Shown: positions 55,101 through 64,000 of the stretch, one piece after another
Numbering within the stretch: the stretch's first letter is position 1
How the letters are laid out: every line of letters begins with the position of its first letter
Assembly: GCA_964016885.1 (NCBI GenBank)
Contig: OZ024759.1
Span: forward strand, 2,418,001 to 2,482,000
Direction: 5' to 3'
Length of the DNA stretch: 64,000 bases
Source: Eledone cirrhosa
Taxonomy: Eukaryota
The notes under the pieces: generated by a model
Told to the model about the DNA's origin: nothing
Seen by the model: the letters and a program-made list of their open reading frames with translations, nothing else
Database searches by the model: none
Position numbers and translations under genes: made by a program

Positions 55101-58100
55101 GTTTCTACCTCCTCACTAGTTGAGGTAACAAAGAGGTTAAAGTTCTGTTTCACCCATGTTTCTCCCTCCTCACTAGTTGAGGTAACAAAGAGGTTAAAGT
55201 TCTGTTTCACCCATGTTTCTCCCTCCTCACTAGTTGAGGTAACAAAGAGGTTAAAGTTCTGTTTCACCCATGTTTCTCCCTCCTCACTAGTTGAGGTAAC
55301 AAAGAGGTCGAAGTTCTGTTTCACCCATGTTTCTCCTTCCTTACCATTTGAGGTAACAAAGAGGTTAAAGTTCTGTTTCACCCATGTTCTCCCTCCTCAC
55401 TAGTTGAGGTAACAAAGAGGTTAGAGTTCTGTTTCACCCATGTTGCTACCTCCTCACTATTTGAGGTAACAAAGAGGTTAAAGTTCTGTTTCACCCATGT
55501 TTCTCTCTCCTCACTATTTGAGGTAACAAAGAGGTTAAAGTTCTGTTTCACCCATGTTTCTCCCGCCTCATTAGTTGAGGTAACACAGAGGTTAAAGTTC
55601 TGTTTCACCCATGTTTCTCCCTCCTCAGTAGTTGAGGTAACAAAGAGGTTAAAGTTCTGTTTCACCCATGTTTCTCCCTCCTCAGTAGTTGAGGTAACAA
55701 AGAGGTTAAAGTTTTGTTTCACCCATGTTTCTACCTCCTCACTATTTGTGGTAACAAAGAGGTTAAAGTTATTTTCACCCATGTTTCTCCCTCCTCATTA
55801 GTTGAGGTAACAAAGAGGTTAAAGTTCTGTTTCACCCATGTTTCTCCCTCCTCAGTAGTTGAGGTAACAAAGAGGTTAAAGTTCTGTTTCACACATGTTT
55901 CTCCCTCCTCATTAGTTGAGGTAACAAAGAGGTTAAAGTTCTGTTTCACCCATGTTTCTCCCTCCTCACTAGTTGAGGTAACAAAGAGGTTAAAGTTCTG
56001 TTTCACACATGTTTCTCCTTCCTTACTAGTTGAGGTAACAATGAGGTTAAAGTTCTGTTTCACCCATGTTTCTACCCCTTACTAGTTGAGGTAACAAGAG
56101 GTTGAAGTTCTGTTTCACCCATGTTTCTACCTCCTCACTAGTTGAGGTAACAAAGAGGTTAAAGTTTTGTTTCCCCCATGTTTCTCCCTCCTCACTATTT
56201 GAGGTAACAAATAGGTTAAAGTTCTGTTTCAGCCATGTTTCTCCCCCCTCACTAGTTTAGGTAACAAAGAGGTTAAAGTTCTGTTTCACCCATGTTTCTC
56301 CCTCCTCACTAGTTGAGGTAACAAAGAGGTTAGTGTTCTGTTTCACCCATGTTTCTACCTCCTCACTATTTGAGGTAACAAAGAGGTTAAAGTTCTGTTT
56401 CACCCATGTTTCTCCCTCTTAACTAGTTGAGGTAACAAAGAGGTTAAAGTTCTGTTTCACCCATGTTTCTCCCTCCTCATTAGTTGAGGTAACAAAGAGG
56501 TTGAAGTTCTGTTTCACCCATGTATCTCCCCCCTCACTAGTTGAGGTAACCAAGGGAATAAAGTTCTGTTTCACCAATGTTCCCCCACCTAACTAGTTGA
56601 GGTAACAAAGAGGTTAAAGTTCTGTTTCACCCATGTATCTCCCCCCTCACTAGTTGAGGTAACAAAGAGGTTAAAGTTCTGTTTCACCCATGTTTCTCCC
56701 CCCTCACTAGTTGAGGTAACAAAGAGGTTAAAGTTCTGTTTCACCCATGTTTCTACCTCCACACTAGTTGAGGTAACAAAGAGGTCAAAGTTCTGTTTCA
56801 CCCATGTTTCTCCCTCCTCATTAGTTGAGGTAACAAAGAGGTTGAATTTCTGTTTCACCCATGTTTCTCCCTCCTCACCAGTTGAGGTAACAAAGAGGTT
56901 AAAGCTCTGTTTCACCCAGGTTTCTCCCTCCTCACTAGTTTAGGTTACAAAGAGGTTAAAGTTTGGTTTCACCCATGTTTCTACCTCCTCACTAGTTGAG
57001 GTAACAAAGAGGTTAAAGTTCTGTTTCCCCCATGTTTCTCCCTCCTCATTAGTTGAGGTAACAAAGACGTTAAAGTTCTGTTTCACACATGTTTCTCCCT
57101 CCTTACTAGTTGAGGTAACAATGAGGTTAAAGTTCTGTTTCACCCATGTTTCTACCCCTTACTAGTTGAGGTAACAAAGAGGTTAAAGTTCTGTTTCACC
57201 CATGTTTCTCCCTCCTCACTAGTTGAGGTAACAAAGAGGTTAAAGTTCTGTTTCACCCATGTTTCTCCCTCCTCACTAGTTGAGGTAACAAAGAGGTTAA
57301 AGTTCTGTTTCACCAATGTTTCTCCCTCCTCACTAGTTGAGGTAACAAAGAGGTCAAAGTTCTGTTTCACCCATGTTTCTCCTTCCTTACCATTTGAGGT
57401 AACAAAGAGGTTAAAGTTCTGTTTCACCCATGTTCTCCCTCCTCACTAGTTGAGGTAACAAAGAGGTTAGAGTTCTGTTTCACCCATGTTGCTACCTCCT
57501 CACTATTTGAGGTAACGAAAAGGTTAAAGTTCTGTTTCACCCATGTTTCTCTCTCCTCACTATTTGAGGTAAAAAAGAGGTTAAAGTTCTGTTTCACCCA
57601 TGTTTCTCCCTCCTCACTATTAGAGGTAACAAAGAGGTTAAAGTTCTGTTTCACCCATGTTTCTACCTCCTCACTAGTTGAGGTAACACAGAGGTTAAAG
57701 TTCTGTTTCACCCATGTTTCTCCCTCCTCATTAGTTGAGGTAACAAAGAGGTTAAAGTTCTGTTTCACCCATGTTTCTCCCTCCTCACTAGTTGAGGTAA
57801 CAAAGAGGTTAAAGTTCTGTTTCACACATGTTTCTCCCTCCTTACTAGTTGAGGTAACAAAGAGGTTGAAGTTACGTTTCACCCATGTTTCTCACTCCTC
57901 ACTAGTTGAGGTAACAAGGAGGTTAAAGCTCTGTTTCACCCAGGTTTCTCCCTCCTCACTAGTTTAGGTAACAAAGAGGTTAAAGTTCGGTTTCACCCAT
58001 GTTTCTACCTCCTCACTAGTTGAGGTAACAAAGAGATTAAAGTTCTGTTTCCCCCATGTTTCTCCCTCCTCATTAGTTGAGGTAACAAAGACGTTAAAGT

Positions 58101-61100
58101 TCGGTTTCACACATGTTTCTCCCTCCTTACTAGTTGAGGTAACAATGAGGTTAAAGTTCTGTTTCACCCATGTTTCTCCCCCCTCACTAGTTTAGGTAAC
58201 AAAGAGGTTAAAGTTCTGTTTCACCCATGTTTCTCCCTCCTCACTAGTTGAGGTAACAAAGAGGTTGAAGTTCTCTTTCACCCATGTTTCTACCTTCCTC
58301 ACTATTTGAGGTAACAAAGAGGTTAAAGTTCTGTTTCACCCATGTTTCTACCTCCTCACTAGTTGAGGTAACAAAGAGGTTAAAGTTATATTTCACCCAT
58401 GTATCTCCCTCCTCACTAGGTGAGGTAACCAATGGATTAAAGTTCTGTTTCACCAATGTTCCCCCTTTTAACTAGTTGAGGTAACAAAGAGGTTAAAGTT
58501 CTGTTTCACCCATGTTTCTCCCCCCTCACTAGTTGAGGTAACAAAGAGGTTAAATTTCTGTTTCACCCATGTTTCTACCTCCTCACTAGTTGAGGTAACA
58601 AAGAGGTTAAAGTTCTGTTTCACCCACGTTTCTCCCTCCTCATTAGTTGAGGTAACAAAGAGGTTGAAGTTCTGTTTCACACATGTTTCTCCCTCCTCAC
58701 TAGTTGAGGTAACAAAGAGGTTAAAGTTCTGTTTCACACATGTTTCTCCCTCTTACTAGTTGAGGTAACAATGAGGTTAAAGCTCTGTTTCACCCAGGTT
58801 TCTCCCTCCTCACTAGTTGAGGTAACAAAGAGGTTAAAGTTTGGTTTCACCCATGTTTCTACCTCCTCACTAGTTGAGGTAACAAAGAGGTTAAAGTTCT
58901 GTTTCCCCCATGTTTCTCCCTCCTCATTAGTTGAGGTAACAAAGACGTTAAAGTTCTGTTTCACACATGTTTCTCCCTCCTTACTAGTTGAGGTAACAAT
59001 GAGGTTAAAGTTCTGTTTCACCCATGTTTCTACCCCTTACTAGTTGAGGTAACAAAGAGGTTAAAGTTCTGTTTCACCCATGTTTCTACCTCCTCACTAG
59101 TTGAGGTAACAAAGAGGTTAAAGTTCTGTTTCCCCCATGTTTCTACCCCTTACTAGTTGAGGTAACAAAGAGGTTAAAGTTCTGTTTCACCCATGTTTCT
59201 ACCTCCTCAGTAGTTGAGGTAACAAAGAGGTTAAAGTTCTGTTTCACCCATGTTTCTCCCTCCTCACTAGTTGAGGTAACAAAGAGGTTAAAGTTCTGTT
59301 TCACCCATGTTTCTCCCTCCTCACTAGTTGAGGTAACAAAGAGGTTAAAGTTCTGTTTCACCCATGTTTCTCCCTCCTCACTAGTTGAGGTAACAAAGAG
59401 GTCAAAGTTCTGTTTCACCCATGTTTCTCCTTCCTTACCATTTGAGGTAACAAAGAGGTTAAAGTTCTGTTTCACCCATGTTCTCCCTCCTCACTAGTTG
59501 AGGTAACAAAGAGGTTAGAGTTCTGTTTCACCCATGTTACTACCTCCTCACTATTTGAGGTAACGAAAAGGTTAAAGTTCTGTTTCACCCATGTTTCTCT
59601 CTCCTCACTATTTGAGGTAACAAAGAGGTTAAAGTTCGGTTTCACCCATGTTTTCCCTCCTCACTATTAGAGGTAACAAAGAGGTTAAAGTTCTGTTTCA
59701 CCCATGTTTCTACCTCCTCACTAGTTGAGGTAACAAAGAGGTTAAAGTTCTGTTTCACCCATGTTTCTACCTCCTCACTAGTTGAGGTAACACAGAGGTT
59801 AAAGTTCTGTTTCACCCATGTTTCTCCCTCCTCATTAGTTGAGGTAACAAAGAGGTTAAAGTTCTGTTTCACCCATGTTTCTCCCTCCTCATTAGTTGAG
59901 GTAACAAAGACGTTAAAGTTCTGTTTCACACATGTTTCTCCCTCCTTACTAGTTGAGGTAACAATGAGGTTAAAGTTCTGTTTCACCCATGTTTCTACCC
60001 CTCACTAGTTGAGGTAACAAAGAGGTTAAAGTTCTGTTTCCCCCATGTTTCTCCCTCCTCACTATTTGAGGTAACAAATAGGTTAAAGTTCTGTTTCAGC
60101 CATGTTTCTCCCCCCTCACTAGTTTAGGTAACAAAGAGGTTAAAGTTCTGTTTCACCCATATTTCTCCCTCCTCACTAGTTGAGGTAACAAAGAGGTTGA
60201 AGTTCTGTTTCACCCATGTTTCTACCTTCCTCACTATTTGAGGTAACAAAGAGGTTAAAGTTCTGTTTCACCCATGTTTCTACCTCCTCAGTAGTTGAGG
60301 TAACAAAGAGGTTAAAGTTCTGTTTCACCCATGTTTCTCCCTACTCACTAGTTGAGGTAACAAAAAGGTTAAAGTTCTGTTTCACCCATGTTTCTCCCTC
60401 CTCACTAGTTGAGGTAACAAAGAGGTTAAAGTTCTGTTTCACCCATGTTTCTCCCTCCTCACTAGTTGAGGTAACAAAGAGGTCAAAGTTCTGTTTCACC
60501 CATGTTTCTCCTTCCTTACCATTTGAGGTAACAAAGAGGTTAAAGTTCTGTTGCACCCATGTTCTCCCTCCTCACTAGTTGAGGTAACAAAGAGGTTAGA
60601 GTTCTGTTTCACCCATGTTGCTACCTCCTCACTATTTGAGGTAACGAAAAGGTTAATGTTCTGTTTCACCCATGTTTCTCTCTCCTCACTATTTGAGGTA
60701 ACAAAGAGGTTAAAGTTCTGTTTCAGCCATGTTTCTCCCCCCTCACTAGTTTAGGTAACAAAGAGGTTAAAGTTCTGTTTCACCCATGTTTCTCCCTCCT
60801 CAGTAGTTGAGGTAACAAAGAGGTTAAAGTTCTGTTTCACACATGTTTCTCCCTCCTTACTAGTTGAGGTAACAATGAGGTTAAAGTTCTGTTTCACCCA
60901 TGTTTCTACCCCTTACTAATGAGGTAACAAAGAGCTTAAAGTTCTGTTTCACCCATGTTTCTACCTCCTCACTAGTTGAAGTAACAAAGAGGTTAAAGTT
61001 CTGTTTACCCCATGTTTCTACCTCCTCACTATTTGATGTAACAAATAGGTTAAAGTTCTGTTTCCCCCATGTTTCTGCCTCCGCACTATTTGAGGTAACA

Positions 61101-64000
61101 AATAGGTTAGAGTTCTGTTTCACCCATGTTTCTCCCCCCTCACTAGTTGAGGTAACAAAGAGGTTAAAGTTCTGTTTCACCCATGTTTCTACCTCCTCAC
61201 TAGTTGAGGTAACAAAGAGGTTAAAGTTCTGTTTCACCCATGTTTCTCCCTCCTCATTAGTTGAGGTAACAAAGAGGTTAAAGTTCTGTTTCACACATGT
61301 TCTCCCTCCTTACTAGTTGAGGTAAAAATGAGGTTAAAGTTCTGTTTCACCCATGTTTCTACCCCTTACTAGTTGATGTAACAAAGAGGTTAAAGTTCTG
61401 TTTCACCCATGTTTCTACCTCCTCACTAGTTGAGGTAACAAAGAGGTTAAAGTTCTGTTTCCCCCATGTTTCTCCCTCCTCACTATTTGAGGTAACAAAT
61501 AGGTTAAACTTCTGTTTCAGCCATGTTTCTCCCCCCTCACTAGTTTGGGTAACAAAGAGGTTAAAGTTCTGTTTCACCCATGTTTCTCCCTCCTCACTAG
61601 TTGAGGTAACAAAGAGGTTGAAGTTCTGTTTCACCCATGTTCTACCTCCTCACTAGTTGAGGTAACAAAGAGGTTAAAGTTCGGTTTCACCCATGTTTCT
61701 ACCTCCTCACTAGTTGAGGTAACAAAGAGGTTAAAGTTCTGTTTCACCCATGTTTCTCCCTCCTCATTAGTTGAGGTAACAAAGACGTTAAAGTTCTGTT
61801 TCACACATGTTTCTCCCTCCTTACTAGTTGAGGTAACAATGAGGTTAAAGTTCTGTTTCACCCATGTTTCTACCCCTTACTAGATGAGGTAACAAAGAGG
61901 TTAAAGTTCTGTTTCACCCATGTTTCTACCTCCTCACTAGTTGAGGTAACAAAGAGGTTAAAGTTCTGTTTCCCCCATGTTTCTACCCCTTACTAGTTGA
62001 GGTAACAAAGAGGTTAAAGTTCTGTTTCACCCATGTTTCTACCTCCTCACTAGTGAGGTAACAAAGAGGTTAAAGTTCTGTTTCCCCCATGTTTCTCCCT
62101 CCTCACTATTTGAGGTAACAAATAGGTTAAAGTTCTGTTTCAGCCATGTTTCTCCCCCCTCACTAGTTTAGGTAACAAAGAGGTTAACGTTCTGTTTCAC
62201 CCATATTTCTCCCTCCTCACTAGTTGAGGTAACAAAGAGGTTGAAGTTCTGTTTCACCCATGTTTCTACCTTCCTCACTATTTGAGGTAACAAAGAGGTT
62301 AAAGTTCTGTTTCACCCATGTTTCTACCTCCTCAGTAGTTGAGGTAACAAAGAGGTTAAAGTTCTGTTTCACCCATGTTTCTCCCTCCTCACTAGTTGAG
62401 GTAACAAAGAGGTTAAAGTTCTGTTTCACCCATGTTTCTCCCTCCTCACTAGTTGAGGTAACAAAGAGATTAGAGTTCTGTTTCACCCATGTTGCTACCT
62501 CCTCACTATTTGAGGTAACGAAAAGGTTAAAGTTCTGTTTCACCCATGTTTCTCTCTCCTCACTATTTGAGGTAACAAAGAGGTTAAAGTTCTGTTTCAG
62601 CCATGTTTCTCCCCCCTCACTAGTTTAGGTAACAAAGAGGTTAAAGTTCTGTTTCACCCATGTTTCTCCCTCCTCACTAGTTGAGGTAACAAAGAGGTTA
62701 AAGTTCTGTTTCACACATGTTTCTCCCTCCTTACTAGTTGAGGAAACAATGAGGTTAAAGTTCTGTTTCACCCATGTTCCTACCCCTTACTAATGAGGTA
62801 ACAAAGAGCTTAAAGTTCTGTTTCACCCATGTTTCTACCTCCTCACTAGTTGAGGTAACAAAGAGGTTAAAGTTCTGTTTACCCCATGTTTCTCCCTCCT
62901 CACTATTTGATGTAACAAATAGGTTAAAGTTCTATTTCCCCCATGTTTCTGCCTCCTCACTATTTGAGGTAACAAATAGGTTAGAGTTCTGTTTCACCCA
63001 TGTTTCTCCCCCCTCACTAGTTGAGGTAACAAAGAGGTTAAAGTTCTGTTTCACCCATGTTTCTACCTCCTCACTAGTTGAGGTAACAAAGAGGTTAAAG
63101 TTCTGTTTCACCCATGTTTCTCCCTCCTCATTAGTTGAGGTAACAAAGAGGTTAAAGTTCTGTTTCACACATGTTCTCCCTCCTTACTAGTTGAGGTAAA
63201 AATGAGGTTAAAGTTCTGTTTCACCCATGTTTCTACCCCTTACTAGTTGATGTAACAAATAGGTTAAAGTTCTGTTTCAGCCATGTTTCTCCCCCCTCAC
63301 TAGTTTGGGTAACAAAGAGGTTAAAGTTCTGTTTCAACCATGTTTCTCCCTCCTCACTAGTTGAGGTAACAAAGAGGTTGAAGTTCTGTTTCACCCATGT
63401 TCTACCTCCTCACTAGTTGAGGTAACAAAGAGGTTAAAGTTCTGTTTCATTCATGTTTCTCCCTCCTCACTATTGAGGTAACAAAGAGGTTAAAGTTCTG
63501 TTTCACACATGTTCTCCCTCCTTACTAGTTGAGGTAAAAATGAGGTTAAAGTTCTGTTTCACCCATGTTTCTACCCCTTACTAGTTGATGTAACAAAGAG
63601 GTTAAAGTTCTGTTTCACCCATGTTTCTACCTCCTTACTAGTTGAGGTAACAAAGAGGTTAAAGTTCTGTTTCCCCCATGTTTCTCCCTCCTCACTATTT
63701 GAGGTAACAAATAGGTTAAATTTCTGTTTCAGCCATGTTTCTCCCCCCTCACTAGTTTAGGTAACAAAGAGGTTAAAGTTCTGTTTCACCCATGTTTCTC
63801 CCTCCTCACTAGTTGAGGTAACAAAGAGGTTGAAGTTCTGTTTCACCCATGTTTCTACCTTCCTCACTATTTGAGGTAACAAAGAGGTTAAAGTTCTGTT
63901 TCACCCATGTTTCTACCTCCTCAGTAGTTGAGGTAACAAAGAGGTTAAAGTTCTGTTTCACCCATGTTTCTCCCTCCTCACTAGTTGAGGTAACAAAGAG
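22119..64000. repeat. 57-bp satellite array, consensus ACTAGTTGAGGTAACAAAGAGGTTAAAGTTCTGTTTCACCCATGTTTCT(A/C)CCTCCTC, >730 copies, single orientation, runs off window end
   Basis: 19-aa period in ORF track; 56/58-bp indel variants; no interrupting unique sequence seen over ~42 kb. Confidence 0.98.

Noticed and set aside
22157-63190. Dozens of KQNFNLFVTSTSEEGETWV / EVTKRLKFCFTHVS ORFs
   Set aside because: Translations of the 57-bp satellite; frequent 1-bp indels show no frame conservation.
1-64000. CRISPR-like arrays
   Set aside because: Head-to-tail repeats without unique spacers, no cas genes, eukaryotic context.
22119-64000. Hammerhead in the minus strand of the 57-bp monomer (CTAGTGAG..GAAAC)
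   Set aside because: Core is CTAGTGA rather than CTGANGA, and helices II/III do not form.

Overview
Eukaryotic (metazoan, probably cephalopod/octopus judging by the SINE and RTE repeat types) genomic window that lies entirely inside one + strand multi-exon gene. Seven phase-compatible GT-AG exons at 12885-21964 splice to ~405 uninterrupted codons resembling the N-terminal/middle region of SPAG17 (PF6), the sperm/cilia central-pair protein. About 85% of the window is intronic tandem repeat: a 23-bp satellite (1-~9950), a 57-bp satellite (~22120-64000, with multi-kb higher-order duplications) and a different minisatellite in most small introns. Also present: a decayed 5'-truncated RTE LINE with three C2H2 zinc fingers, SINEs and TTAA-type MITEs. 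Most notable: (1) a 48-bp minisatellite that is an amplified piece of a 28S rRNA fragment whose flanks are still present on both sides; (2) satellite-filled giant introns in an axonemal gene; (3) splice-site-like motifs (acceptor then donor) in each 57-bp monomer; (4) a degenerate Penelope-type hammerhead ribozyme in an intron. Long ORFs in the repeat arrays are artefacts. Gene and family identities come from recalled motifs, not database searches.
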